Positions 43,230-53,357 of a stretch of 64,000 nucleotides of DNA are shown piece after piece. Both the position numbers and the translations under genes were made by a program. The notes beneath the pieces are model-generated. The model was not told where the DNA came from. It ran no database searches and saw only the letters and a program-made list of their open reading frames with translations. How positions within the stretch are numbered: the first letter of the stretch is position 1; each line of letters begins with the position of its first letter. Source of the DNA: Nitrosopumilus sp. (lineage in GTDB: Archaea > Thermoproteota > Nitrososphaeria > Nitrososphaerales > Nitrosopumilaceae); the NCBI GenBank assembly GCA_965205425.1, contig CBDBGZ010000005.1, positions 160,001 to 224,000 of the forward strand. Direction: 5' to 3'.

Positions 43230-43387
43230 ATCTTAGACAAGTATGGCATAAACCACGCATGATGTATCAATGAGATTTATTCGATCTAGAATTAAAACAT
43301 GAGTATTTTTTCCTAAAATCTAGGCATAAATTAACAATTTTTAGGAAAATTCTACAAGAATATAAGTAGGCAAATTTGCTCATGTTC

Positions 43388-43675
43388 ATGCCACTTAAGC
43401 GTGCAAGTAGAGGTCGTACTAAAGGAGGAAAAGGTTCCTCAGGTGTTGTACAATGTACAAACTGCGGACAAACTGTCCCAAAAGACAAGGCAAAGAAAGT
43501 TACATCAAAATTAAATTTGGTTGAACATACTTTGGCAAAAGAATTACGTGCACAAGGAGCATACATTGCATCACCAACAGTTTTGAAACATTACTGCATT
43601 TCATGTGCAATTCACTTTAAGATTCTAAAAATTAGATCAGCAGACAATAGAAGAAAACGCGGTAAACTTCGTTAG
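43388..43675 (+). CDS. rps26e: 30S ribosomal protein S26e
   Basis: MPLKRASRGR...CTNCG..VPKDKA...YCISCAIH. Confidence 0.96.
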   Translation: MPLKRASRGRTKGGKGSSGVVQCTNCGQTVPKDKAKKVTSKLNLVEHTLAKELRAQGAYIASPTVLKHYCISCAIHFKILKIRSADNRRKRGKLR

Positions 43676-43677
43676 TA

Positions 43678-44280
43678 TTATTCTTTAATATTTTTAGCAG
43701 TGTAAATCATTCTTTGAACTAGAGTTATTCCAGCAATAATTATCACAATGATTACGGCATATTCGATAAAACCCATAATTCCAATTATTGCAATTACCAA
43801 TAGTCTCTCAGCTCTTTCCCCAATACCGATTCCTTGAAGTTTAATGTTAATAATATCAGATTTTGCTCTAGCATAGCTTACCAATAATGATAGAGTGATT
43901 GCAAGTAATACAAGATATGGTTCAGCATAGCCTCCTACTAAAATTCCTAAAAATATTGCAACTTCGGATATTTTATCAAACACTGAATCAAGATATTCGC
44001 CTTTTTTGGAAGTTTTTCCAGTAACTCTTGCAACTTGCCCATCGACCATATCAAAAAATCCAGAAACAAGTATCAAAATACCACCAATAATTAATCCAAA
44101 CTCAATTCCCATTCCAAAAATTAATCCAAATTCAGCTCCCAATCCATAAACAACTGCAGAGACAAGAGCAAATCCCAATCCAACGAAAGTCCAAAAATTC
44201 GCAGACAATCCAGTAGCTACAAATCCTTTACCAATTTTTTCTAGAGTTGGACGCAAGGTTTCTCTTAGATTATTTAACAC
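43678..44280 (-). CDS. CDP-alcohol phosphatidyltransferase (archaetidylinositol-phosphate synthase-like)
   Basis: DMVDGQVAR...GEYLDSVFD. Confidence 0.92.
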   Translation of the reverse strand: MLNNLRETLRPTLEKIGKGFVATGLSANFWTFVGLGFALVSAVVYGLGAEFGLIFGMGIEFGLIIGGILILVSGFFDMVDGQVARVTGKTSKKGEYLDSVFDKISEVAIFLGILVGGYAEPYLVLLAITLSLLVSYARAKSDIINIKLQGIGIGERAERLLVIAIIGIMGFIEYAVIIVIIIAGITLVQRMIYTAKNIKE

Positions 44281-44388
44281 GAGTTACACCCAAAATACCA
44301 TCTAATAAAGTGAACAGGCGTAAAAACAAGGCAACAGAGGCTAAAAATCAATTAAATTAAAAAATTATCAAAAAACAAAGATACTGAA

Positions 44389-45264
44389 TTATTTGTTTTG
44401 CGATAAATTAATTGCAATTAAAGTAGAGATGATTTTGGCTGCCAATGAAGCAGTTGACCCATTATCATGATAAGGGTTTAATTCAACAATATCTACACCA
44501 GTAACTTTTGTTTCTTCAAAAGTATGAATCATGTCAAATAATTCTCTAGAGGTAATCCCTACAGCTTCGGGGTTGCCAACACCAGGAGCAAATGCAGGAT
44601 CTAAAACATCAAGATCAAAACTAGAATAAATGGAATCAAATGTAAATACATAGTCTTTTAGAAGTGCAGGTCCTTGTCCATCTCGGATTTGTTTATCTGA
44701 AATAGTTTTAATTTTATTTTCTGTTAAAAATTCCAATTCTTCTTTTACAAAAGCTCTAGCGCCCACATGTAAAATATTTTCAGCACCTCTCTCTTCAACT
44801 ATTCTTCGTAAATATGATGCATGACTTAATTTAATATCTGCAAATTCATCACGTAAATCATAATGAGCATCAAATACAACATATCCTGTTTCTTTTGGAA
44901 AACTAGTATAGGTACCATATGTGATAGAATGCTCACCACCTAAAATGAACAATTGTTTTTGTTTTGCAACAAGCTCAGTTGTAATTTTTTTTACCATATC
45001 AATCATTTCAGATGCAACTACAGTATGTCGAGTATTTCCTAAATCCTCAATGTTTACAGTTTCTAAATCAATTCCAAGGTCGGGGTGGAAAATTTCAATA
45101 TTATTAAAAGAATCACGAATAGAATCAGGTCCAAATCTACATCCAGATTTGTATGAATGAGTGGAATCAAAAGGAATTCCAAAGATTGTTGCAACAGGCC
45201 CAGAATCATCCTCAGAGGCAGTAATCAGAGGATTTTTGTTCATGTATAGATCAAGAAAGCTCAT
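44389..45264 (-). CDS. speB: agmatinase
   Basis: GGEHS, DAHYD, DLDVLDP. Confidence 0.93.
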   Translation of the reverse strand: MSFLDLYMNKNPLITASEDDSGPVATIFGIPFDSTHSYKSGCRFGPDSIRDSFNNIEIFHPDLGIDLETVNIEDLGNTRHTVVASEMIDMVKKITTELVAKQKQLFILGGEHSITYGTYTSFPKETGYVVFDAHYDLRDEFADIKLSHASYLRRIVEERGAENILHVGARAFVKEELEFLTENKIKTISDKQIRDGQGPALLKDYVFTFDSIYSSFDLDVLDPAFAPGVGNPEAVGITSRELFDMIHTFEETKVTGVDIVELNPYHDNGSTASLAAKIISTLIAINLSQNK

Positions 45265-45266
45265 TT

Positions 45267-47135
45267 TTACACCATCAGTTTTGGTCTCTTTGAGAGATGC
45301 TTTGGTAAATTCAAACCAGAGAAAGGTTTTCCTTTAGTCTGCTCATTAAACTCAGATATAAAATCATCAAAAGATAATTCTCTCACATCACCTGTTTGTC
45401 TATCACGAATACTAAGATTTTGTGAATTTGCTTCTTTTTCACCAATAACTAGAATATATCGAATCCATTCTTTTTCAGCTTCACGAATTCTTTTGCCAAT
45501 GCTTTCATTTTGGTCATCAATGTCAACACGAATGTTATTTGCAGAGATTTTATCACAAAGAGTCTCAGTAAAGTCATTAAATTCTTCCTTAAGAGGAATA
45601 ATTCTAACTTGTGATGGAGCTAACCAAAGAGGGAATTGAGGTTTACGCCCCTCATAGGAATCTTTTGCAGCTTTTTCCAATAATGCATAAATTATTCTCT
45701 CAATTGCACCACTAGGAGAATTATGTAAAATTATTGGATGTTGTTTTGTGTTATTTTCATCAACAAAATCAATTCCATAACGATCTCCATTTTCAACATC
45801 TATTTGATCAGTTGATAATGCTGATGCTTTTCCAAGACCATCAACAAAATTAAATTCCCATTTTAAAACAAAATAAAAGAATTTTTCCATCCACATTTCA
45901 ACTAAAACTGGACGTCCATGTTTCTTGACTAATTCTTCAACAGAGGATTTATTTTCATTGTAAAAATCTTCAGTAAATCTAATTGCCATATCATAATCAG
46001 AATCATTGATTCCAAGTTCTCTAAGAACACTTTGAGATAAATCAAAACGAATCTTAATTTCGTCAATTGCTTGTGGCATATCTTTGCAAAAAGCGTGACA
46101 ATCAGGCATGGTAAATGCCCTTAGACGTCTTAAACCGACTAATTCACCAGATTGTTCTCTTCTAAAACTATAACGGGTTAGTTCATAGAGTTTGTAGGGT
46201 AAATTCTTGTACGATAACTGATATTGATTTGCCATTAAAAATTGGCCAAAACAAGCAGCAAATCTCAAAAAGAGCTTTTTTCCTTCTGAATCAATATTGT
46301 ATTGTCTTGCAGGAAATCGATTAAAGTAACTAACCATACTAGGATGTTCAGAGTCATACATAATTGGAGTTTCAACTTCATATCCCCCATATTCTTTTAC
46401 TCTGTCAGAAACATAACGTTCAATCAAAGATTTTATCAAACGACCATTTGGATAGAATCTCATATTACCTGAATCAGATGCAGGTTCATAATCAGAGATG
46501 CCCATTTTTTTCATCAATGCAACATGAGGTGGAGGTTGGTCCACTTTACGAATTTTTGCAGATTCATATTTTGCTAAAATTTCTAATTTAGGATAATTTG
46601 AAAAATCAAAATCACCAATGTTAGTCATTGTTCCATCAGGTGAAAGAATTTTCCAATAAGAACGAATTTTAGATTCTCCTTTGAGAGCATCAGAGGTGAT
46701 CTCCTCATCAGGTTTTGAATCTGCTGAATCTTTTGTTACAACTTTAGAGCTTTCAGCAAGAGGATGTCCTTTTACTTGAATTTTATAAGATTTTGTCCAA
46801 CCAAATGGAGAATGAGATACTTCAAGTTCAGATGCACCATCTTCCAGTTCTTTGAGCAATGTCATTGCAGTTGAAGGCTTTGCAAGATTTGAGCTAAGAT
46901 GAGCATAAGGATATAGCAATAATTTTTTACATCCAATTTTTTCCATGGATGCTTTAATTTGAGAAATTGCATTTTGTGCCACTGAAGAATCATCACCATC
47001 TTCAATTGCAACAAATACAACTACAAGTTCTTCCAATAGAACCGTTTCAGGATTTTCAATATCCTCAGCAGATTTAATCTCCTTTTTGGTAGGAGTGTAT
47101 TCTATATGATCACAGTGTAGTTGCAATATACGCAT
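45267..47135 (-). CDS. thrS: threonine--tRNA ligase (archaeal type)
   Basis: MRILQLHCD editing domain, RFAACFG, RLRAFTMPD; start set at MRILQ. Confidence 0.96.
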   Translation of the reverse strand: MRILQLHCDHIEYTPTKKEIKSAEDIENPETVLLEELVVVFVAIEDGDDSSVAQNAISQIKASMEKIGCKKLLLYPYAHLSSNLAKPSTAMTLLKELEDGASELEVSHSPFGWTKSYKIQVKGHPLAESSKVVTKDSADSKPDEEITSDALKGESKIRSYWKILSPDGTMTNIGDFDFSNYPKLEILAKYESAKIRKVDQPPPHVALMKKMGISDYEPASDSGNMRFYPNGRLIKSLIERYVSDRVKEYGGYEVETPIMYDSEHPSMVSYFNRFPARQYNIDSEGKKLFLRFAACFGQFLMANQYQLSYKNLPYKLYELTRYSFRREQSGELVGLRRLRAFTMPDCHAFCKDMPQAIDEIKIRFDLSQSVLRELGINDSDYDMAIRFTEDFYNENKSSVEELVKKHGRPVLVEMWMEKFFYFVLKWEFNFVDGLGKASALSTDQIDVENGDRYGIDFVDENNTKQHPIILHNSPSGAIERIIYALLEKAAKDSYEGRKPQFPLWLAPSQVRIIPLKEEFNDFTETLCDKISANNIRVDIDDQNESIGKRIREAEKEWIRYILVIGEKEANSQNLSIRDRQTGDVRELSFDDFISEFNEQTKGKPFSGLNLPKHLSKRPKLMV

Positions 47136-47256
47136 GTTTAGAGATGTTAAATTGGGCATAAATATACGATTCTCAAAAATAGAAAAATTCCTCAAATTAT
47201 TGATAAATGAGAAGAATTTAGGTTGAAATTCAGTCTTAATCATCAAATGAAATTAT

Positions 47257-47457
47257 CCATGTGAATTGTTTTTATACATTTCCTCTCTTTCCATACATCA
47301 GGGCATGGCTTTCGCTAGAGAATGGTTTCAATCAAAAGATGGCAGACATGTATCCATACGAGACTATTCTCTCAATGCTATCTTCATCCTAGTTAGGATT
47401 ATTCGCAGTTATCAGACGAGGCCTTGTCCCTCAAGCATTTTAACGCGACTTGCAGTC
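47257..47457 (-). ncRNA. candidate bridge RNA / seekRNA region
   Basis: Two stem-closed domains with 6-7-nt matches to reconstructed target and donor. Confidence 0.5.
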
Positions 47458-48450
47458 CTAACTATAATTTTGCACAAATTCTCTCCTCTCCTTTAGCATC
47501 CAATAAATTACTCGCAGAATCTTTGATGCGCCAGCAACTGCATCTTTGGATGAACCTCTCTTCTTTTTAATGCGATTATAAAATTTGGTAATGTCGCTGT
47601 TCTTGGTATGTATTGCATGGGTGTGTATGCATTCTGTTAGAACCCATCTCAATGTCATGCTTCCTCTCTTTGTAATTCTTCCATGATGTATTGTATCTGC
47701 AGAATTTCTCACCGATGGAACAATCCCTGCATATGCACATAACTTGCGAGAATTTGAAAATCTACTAATCTCTGCAATTTCTGAGAATATGCTCAATGCA
47801 GTGTATGGTCCAACTCCAGGTATTGATGTCAAAATACACACATCAGGATTATCATTTACCATGCGACGTATCATGGAATCTATTTTTGCAACCTCCTTTT
47901 TGTGAAATTTTATGCTTTGTAGGTACGAATCTATTCTATAACTCTCCAATTTTCCAAGTGCACGTATGTGTTCTGAGGAAAATGGTGTTGCTTTGATATG
48001 GATTCCCTCCTGTAGTGTAATACCATGTATGGAATTCTTCATCTTTACAATAATGCGCACAATCTTGTGTCGATGTCTTACAAGCTGTCTGTATTGCACA
48101 ATTGTGTGATCTGGCACAAATGATTCTGCAATGTATCCTCCTCGTAGCAAATTTGCAAGATGGTACGCATCAATTTTATCAGTCTTTTTGAGTGATGATG
48201 CTATTATCTTTGTGTTGTATGGATTAGATAGTATAACATCAAGATGTAATTTGTCTGTCATGTGTCTATAAAGGCCATACCAGACAGATGATGACTCTAA
48301 AACATATTTTGCGTTCTTTGGAATTTTGGATGTAATTTTGCTAATAGCAGAAAAATCACTGGAAATCTTTTTGTTAAATAATAATTTGCCAATCTCATCT
48401 ACTGCTGCCACCTGTACAGAGTTCTTGTGAACATCCAATCCTACAAACAT
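47458..48450 (-). CDS. IS110-family DEDD recombinase
   Basis: MFVGLDVHK, VLES, KTDKID, SIPGVG, YAGIVPSVRNS. Confidence 0.95.
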   Translation of the reverse strand: MFVGLDVHKNSVQVAAVDEIGKLLFNKKISSDFSAISKITSKIPKNAKYVLESSSVWYGLYRHMTDKLHLDVILSNPYNTKIIASSLKKTDKIDAYHLANLLRGGYIAESFVPDHTIVQYRQLVRHRHKIVRIIVKMKNSIHGITLQEGIHIKATPFSSEHIRALGKLESYRIDSYLQSIKFHKKEVAKIDSMIRRMVNDNPDVCILTSIPGVGPYTALSIFSEIAEISRFSNSRKLCAYAGIVPSVRNSADTIHHGRITKRGSMTLRWVLTECIHTHAIHTKNSDITKFYNRIKKKRGSSKDAVAGASKILRVIYWMLKERREFVQNYS

Positions 48451-48752
48451 CAAATATTTTTTTTCAGGAAGGGTAGTGTGTTTGTTTGCATTTCTTACTT
48501 TCTTGATACGAATGCAAGTACCATCTAATTTCCTAGCTGATTTTGGCACATATGGTTATAGTTATTACAAAATAACAATTCATTATATTCTGATCAAGAA
48601 AAATCTCTATATCTTACAAATTCACATCCAAAGTAAAATTTTGGGCCACAGATAAAATTGGTAATCAATGTCGAATTGCGTTAGGCGATTACCAAAATCC
48701 AGCTATTCCATGGCAATATTGATGCTTTGATTATTCTTTTAAAATAAAAAAA

Positions 48753-50163
48753 GTAACTGTCTAGAGTTTTGAAGTACTTTCTTTAATATTTTTTATCTAT
48801 ATCTTTTCTGATCAGTGACAAATTACAATATACAATTGTCAGTATATGATGAGCTGGAATATTATCGTAACAGATGTCACTCGTTGGAGCAAGAAAACCG
48901 TCAGTTACGCAAAGATATTGAATCACTACACAGAGAAATTGCAGAACTAAAACAAACAGTGTCTACACTTGTTGCAAGAAATATCAAAGCAAAACCAAAC
49001 CAGACTGAAACTGCAAAAAAGAAGAAAACATCAAGACATCCTAGAAAAAGCAGAAGCAGACGGGCACACATTGATGATGCCATTACAGTTGACCAAAAAG
49101 AGTGCAACACATGTGGCAAATCACTCTCAGAACCAACTGATTCATACACCAGAATAGTAGAAGACATCATTCCTGCAAAAGCAGTTGTGACAAAATATAC
49201 GATAGTTAGACGATACTGCACAAACTGCAAAAAACAAATCTCGGGTAACATTCACACTGTACTGTCAAATGAAAGGTTTGGAATTAGGCTCATGGTGCTA
49301 ATCACATCACTAAAAACTATCGGATTATCGTATGGTAAAATATCTCATCTTTTGCAGATGCTCTTCTCACTGCACATTACAGAATCTGCAATTAATCATG
49401 CAGTATCAATAGTATCAAAAGCATTTGGGAGCAGATATGATACAATGATTGTAGAGTTAAAAGAAGATCTAAACATACATGGTGATGAGACAAGTTGGAG
49501 GATAGATGGCCAGAACCACTGGTTGTGGGCATTTGTGAGTAAATGGACTGTAATTTACGAGATTGACAAATCACGTTCAATGGATGTTCCCAAGAGAATT
49601 CTCAAGGAGTATAATGGCAACATTACAAGTGATTCGTACCCTGCATGGAACCATGTTGGAACAACTCACCAGAAATGTCACATCCATTATCTCAGAGAGG
49701 TTAATGATACCATTAATCACAAGAATCCCGGACCAGAATTTGCACCATTTGCCAAGAATCTCAAGAAAATAATTTATGACTCTCATGGTGTGGCAAAAAT
49801 AAAATCAGAATCAGAAAGAATCCATGCAAAAAAGAATCTTGAAAGGAGAATTAATCACATCATATCAAAAAAATACACAGAGAAAAACTGTATCAGGTTT
49901 GTAAAAAGATTGAAACGTGAGAGAAAAATGCTTTTTACATTCCTAATTACTGGAACTGATTCACACAATAACACAGCAGAGAGGGCAATCAGACCAAATG
50001 TGATAATTCGTAAAATTACAAACGGTCATAGAACCATTCATGGTGCCGATTCTCATAAGATACTGATGAGTATAAAGGAGACATGCAGATTACGAGGATT
50101 AAACTTTCATGATTATTCTTTAGAATATCTTGGAGATTTTACTTCAAAACTCTAGACAGTTAC
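48753..50163 (+). mobile_element. IS66-family single-ORF element (1411 bp)
   Basis: Perfect 24-bp TIR GTAACTGTCTAGAGTTTTGAAGTA; 8-bp target duplication TAAAAAAA. Confidence 0.95.
48815..50155 (+). CDS. IS66-family transposase
   Basis: Coiled coil, Zn finger, HGDETSW, HQKCHIHYLRE, NNTAERAIR. Confidence 0.95.
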   Translation: MTNYNIQLSVYDELEYYRNRCHSLEQENRQLRKDIESLHREIAELKQTVSTLVARNIKAKPNQTETAKKKKTSRHPRKSRSRRAHIDDAITVDQKECNTCGKSLSEPTDSYTRIVEDIIPAKAVVTKYTIVRRYCTNCKKQISGNIHTVLSNERFGIRLMVLITSLKTIGLSYGKISHLLQMLFSLHITESAINHAVSIVSKAFGSRYDTMIVELKEDLNIHGDETSWRIDGQNHWLWAFVSKWTVIYEIDKSRSMDVPKRILKEYNGNITSDSYPAWNHVGTTHQKCHIHYLREVNDTINHKNPGPEFAPFAKNLKKIIYDSHGVAKIKSESERIHAKKNLERRINHIISKKYTEKNCIRFVKRLKRERKMLFTFLITGTDSHNNTAERAIRPNVIIRKITNGHRTIHGADSHKILMSIKETCRLRGLNFHDYSLEYLGDFTSKL

Positions 50164-50272
50164 TAAAAAAAGTGTTTTAAAATTGATTCAAGTAATTTAA
50201 AAAAAACCCATTGAGCCTATCACTGGTAATTCAATGGAAAGTTTTAGGTAGTATCCTATTTCTGATATATCA

Positions 50273-51175
50273 TTGAAAGCAATTTTTGTATTGATAATTG
50301 TAGCTGGAATATTTGGATATGCCTGGTATGCTGATTTACTTCCATTTGGGTTTGAAAAATCTTCAACTGGTTTATCTCCTTCAATAGAAAAAATACAACA
50401 AATTTCTAACGTTGTCACTTCAGAGGAACACCAAATCATTTACTATTCATTTGAGGATGTACGCGATGTTCCAGATGAACAAATTCCTGTTAATGCATTA
50501 AAAAAAGCAATTGATTCGTGGGAAAAATCAAATCCTAATTTAGAATTTATACAATCTGAAAATTCTAACATTGAAATTAAATGGCAAAAATATGCTTCAT
50601 CTACTCATACTGGTTTAGCAAAATGTAATTCTGTTCTCTTTGGAATTCTAAGTCATTGTGTATTAGAAATTTCTATTGGTGCAGAAGATTGTAATTCTGA
50701 TTTTGTTCAAAATGATGAAAACATGGTGGCAAATATTTTGATGCATGAAATTGGTCATGCATTGGGTCTAGGTCATACTAGTGAAGAAAATCATTTAATG
50801 TATTCTACAGAGTCTCCTGAAATACAATATGATACTCATGGATATCATATTCCAGTTAGATTTGAAGAACTCTACGTTGGTCAAAATTTGTTATTGTTTA
50901 ATGAAAAAGAATTAAAATCTCAAATAGAATTACTGGATACTAAAATTTCTAGAGAAGAATCCCAATATGACGAATATTACAAACAATACGAATACTATGA
51001 AGAAAAAACTCTTTCTCCAAAAGAATATGAAAAAGCTGAAAAAGCATTTACAATATTAACTTCCCAGGGAGAAAAAATCAATGCGTTGATTACAGAACAA
51101 AATGAACTAATTGATCAAATAAATGAAATTGTAAATCAGTTAGGTTGTAATCCTAATTTTGATGTTACTTCTTAA
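50273..51175 (+). CDS. matrixin-family (M10) metalloprotease with coiled-coil tail
   Basis: N-terminal TM, HEIGHALGLGH, Met-turn LMY. Confidence 0.9.
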   Translation: MKAIFVLIIVAGIFGYAWYADLLPFGFEKSSTGLSPSIEKIQQISNVVTSEEHQIIYYSFEDVRDVPDEQIPVNALKKAIDSWEKSNPNLEFIQSENSNIEIKWQKYASSTHTGLAKCNSVLFGILSHCVLEISIGAEDCNSDFVQNDENMVANILMHEIGHALGLGHTSEENHLMYSTESPEIQYDTHGYHIPVRFEELYVGQNLLLFNEKELKSQIELLDTKISREESQYDEYYKQYEYYEEKTLSPKEYEKAEKAFTILTSQGEKINALITEQNELIDQINEIVNQLGCNPNFDVTS

Positions 51176-51249
51176 CCAAATAACAGAACTAATCCTACAA
51201 TTAATGCTGATACTGAAATTCCCATCCACACATAAAATTTTGTCATCAT
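51172..51249 (-). CDS. 25-aa hydrophobic micropeptide
   Basis: MMTKFYVWMGISVSALIVGLVLLFG*. Confidence 0.45.
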   Translation of the reverse strand: MMTKFYVWMGISVSALIVGLVLLFG

Positions 51250-51292
51250 CGTAAATTGTTGATTTTCTCTGAAATTAATAGTTTAAAATTGA

Positions 51293-51375
51293 GAAAGCAA
51301 GCAAGTTTGATATCTGTTATCATCGGCCCTTTGGGGGTTACAGTTAGATATCAAACAAGCAATCATCTTGCTTTC
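51293..51375. repeat. long imperfect hairpin
   Basis: GAAAGCAAG/CTTGCTTTC enclosing GTTTGATATCT/AGATATCAAAC. Confidence 0.75.
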
Positions 51376-51581
51376 AATATTTGTATTGATTAGTATTTTC
51401 AAAAATTCTTAAAATAAAACATGTCTTGAAATGTGATCAAAAAGGGTTGAAAAAATGATCTATTTCTGATTATTTTAAAATCTGAGCCTAGTGATGAACA
51501 AAATCACTCATCTAACAATTTTGTTCATTATGGACACACATTTTCTTTTAGACTAATCTGTTAACTCATAATAGAGTCATT

Positions 51582-51645
51582 TGTTTGACGGCGTCATACA
51601 TTTGCCTTATCTGACCATGCCTTAGAATTCGTTTGCCGTCAAACA
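51582..51645. repeat. inverted repeat (11-bp stem)
   Basis: TGTTTGACGGC/GCCGTCAAACA. Confidence 0.75.
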
Positions 51646-51723
51646 CTCTTTCTTTAAAGAAACATTGTGGTTCTATGTCTTTAAAAGAAAAATAATTTTA
51701 TTCTCATACATTTCAGTCCCTTT

Positions 51724-52260
51724 ATGGGTGAAAACATTGTTTTGCAATGGAATCCAGATTTTACTCTAAAATGGTCTGATTTTCAAGCCGAATCTAACCC
51801 TGCTGTATATGAAGACTCACACAGTGTCATAAAATATCGATTCACATGGACTGTAAATTCTGACAAAATAGATGCTGAAATTGTTTTCTTGATTGAAAAC
51901 ATATGCATATTTGTAGAATTTCATCCGTTACTTTCTTGGGTTAGATTATCTGATGCAGATATGCAGTTACTCCACCATGAACAAGGAACTTTTGATTTGG
52001 CTGAATCTGTAAAACGTGAAAATATCAAAAAATTGCAAGATATTTTTTACAACAAACATTTCTCTACACGTGGTCAAAATGAAGAGCAACGAAAACAATT
52101 TGCAAAAGAAGATTCTGGAAAAATGATAAATTTGGAAGTTGAAAAATTACAACAATTGTTTGATGAAAAATGTCTAAAATACAAAGATGATACAAATCAT
52201 GGTCAAAATTCACAGGCACAATCAAACTATGATCTAATTTTTAAACAATTAAAAATATAA
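51724..52260 (+). CDS. DUF922-like predicted Zn-protease-fold protein
   Basis: LKWSDFQ, LLHHEQGTFDLAE (HEQxHFD-like, second His substituted). Confidence 0.7.
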   Translation: MGENIVLQWNPDFTLKWSDFQAESNPAVYEDSHSVIKYRFTWTVNSDKIDAEIVFLIENICIFVEFHPLLSWVRLSDADMQLLHHEQGTFDLAESVKRENIKKLQDIFYNKHFSTRGQNEEQRKQFAKEDSGKMINLEVEKLQQLFDEKCLKYKDDTNHGQNSQAQSNYDLIFKQLKI

Positions 52261-52314
52261 TTTGTCTTGCAGTGTAATCCCATTTGTTATATCCTAATTC
52301 TAAAATATTATTTT

Positions 52315-52458
52315 ATGGAAACTGCAAAGTTGTCGAAATTTAAATGGCATGAATTATCTGAACATAACTCTGGCCATACTCCTAGTGAATGGGGGTTGCA
52401 AAAGAAAAAATCAAATCCTAAAACTTTTGTATCTTACACTGTATCGTGGGATGATTAG
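52315..52458 (+). CDS. small hypothetical protein
   Basis: METAKLSKFKWHELSEH...; 47 aa. Confidence 0.45.
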   Translation: METAKLSKFKWHELSEHNSGHTPSEWGLQKKKSNPKTFVSYTVSWDD

Positions 52459-52721
52459 GATCTATTTTCTATAATTTTATTTTCAGGAACTGAATTAATA
52501 TAATTCACAAGACTTCTATAATATTTTAAATGGAAATCTAAATCTCTGATTTCTGTTTGTTTCAATTCTTCAAGTTCTGGACCAAAATCTGTTTTATTTG
52601 TTTGAATGTGATTTAATGTAGTTTCATTTACTTCAATCATGTGAAATAAACTGTGAAGCACTTCCCCTTTTGTTAGAGTTCTATTGCATGATTTTTCTAA
52701 TATTTTTTCAACCCAATCCAT
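52455..52721 (-). CDS. hypothetical protein
   Basis: 88-aa ORF. Confidence 0.7.
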   Translation of the reverse strand: MDWVEKILEKSCNRTLTKGEVLHSLFHMIEVNETTLNHIQTNKTDFGPELEELKQTEIRDLDFHLKYYRSLVNYINSVPENKIIENRS

Positions 52722-52808
52722 ATTATTTCTTAAAATTATTCTTATATCCCCTCCAGAATTTGAATAATTCTGACTTTAGCTCTATTTTTTTAGTCTAGTT
52801 TAAAATAA

Positions 52809-52940
52809 TTATTTTTTTCCAGCTTTCTTTTTCCTATTCATGATTTCTTTGTTACGCTCATTATCTGAATGAACTTCTACATGATCATACAAATCTTCTT
52901 TTGAATCAAATAGTTGCTCACAATAGTAGCACTGATGCAT
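52809..52940 (-). CDS. 43-aa C2H2 zinc-finger microprotein
   Basis: MHQCYYCEQLFDSKEDLYDHVEVH... Confidence 0.75.
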   Translation of the reverse strand: MHQCYYCEQLFDSKEDLYDHVEVHSDNERNKEIMNRKKKAGKK

Positions 52941-53051
52941 TGCTAAATTACAGTCATCTTAGATAAATTGCTTTTCTTAAAAAACCAGTAGTTTGTTCCT
53001 AACTTGATATAATAAAAATTGAAAATAATGTGGATGATAATCTGGACTAGA

Positions 53052-53294
53052 TTATCTTCCATTTTGTTCTCTAACTTTTTGTGCTAAGTCGCCAAAAGGA
53101 TCCTCGTGCCATTTTTCCCTATTCAAATCCGCTCCCAAAGCTCCTGTTTTTGGTAAAAGTCCTTCTTCTGCTGCGTGTGATAAAACAGCATCTTCTGGAA
53201 TGTAATTTTTTTGGTTTTCAGTACCATATGCAATTACTGCACCCATTGCAATAACGCCTACGGCAATTCCAATGTAAATCATCGCGTTTGACAT
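53052..53294 (-). CDS. single-TM hypothetical protein
   Basis: 80 aa, N-terminal TM. Confidence 0.7.
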   Translation of the reverse strand: MSNAMIYIGIAVGVIAMGAVIAYGTENQKNYIPEDAVLSHAAEEGLLPKTGALGADLNREKWHEDPFGDLAQKVREQNGR

Positions 53295-53357
53295 GAAATA
53301 ATATATTGTTTTTTTCTATTAATCATGTAAGACTTCAGTGCAATGCAGTGAAATTAT

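Larger units (their letters stand above)
47257..48555 (-). mobile_element. IS110-family element with long 3' non-coding end (IS1111-like layout)
   Basis: TTAT on both sides (47253-56, 48556-59); short CCAT..ATGG end repeat; boundaries inferred from one copy. Confidence 0.75.

Noticed and set aside
47136..47246. N-terminal extension of ThrRS
   Set aside because: The archaeal ThrRS N-terminus is MRILQLH; the extension is AT-rich promoter sequence.
47266..47496. 76-aa ORF in the IS110 3' end
   Set aside because: No protein features; the region is better explained as the element's non-coding end.
48657..48695. TTGGTAATC/GATTACCAA inverted repeat resembling the 31-kb structure
   Set aside because: Short match inside what looks like a start-less coding remnant; chance cannot be excluded.
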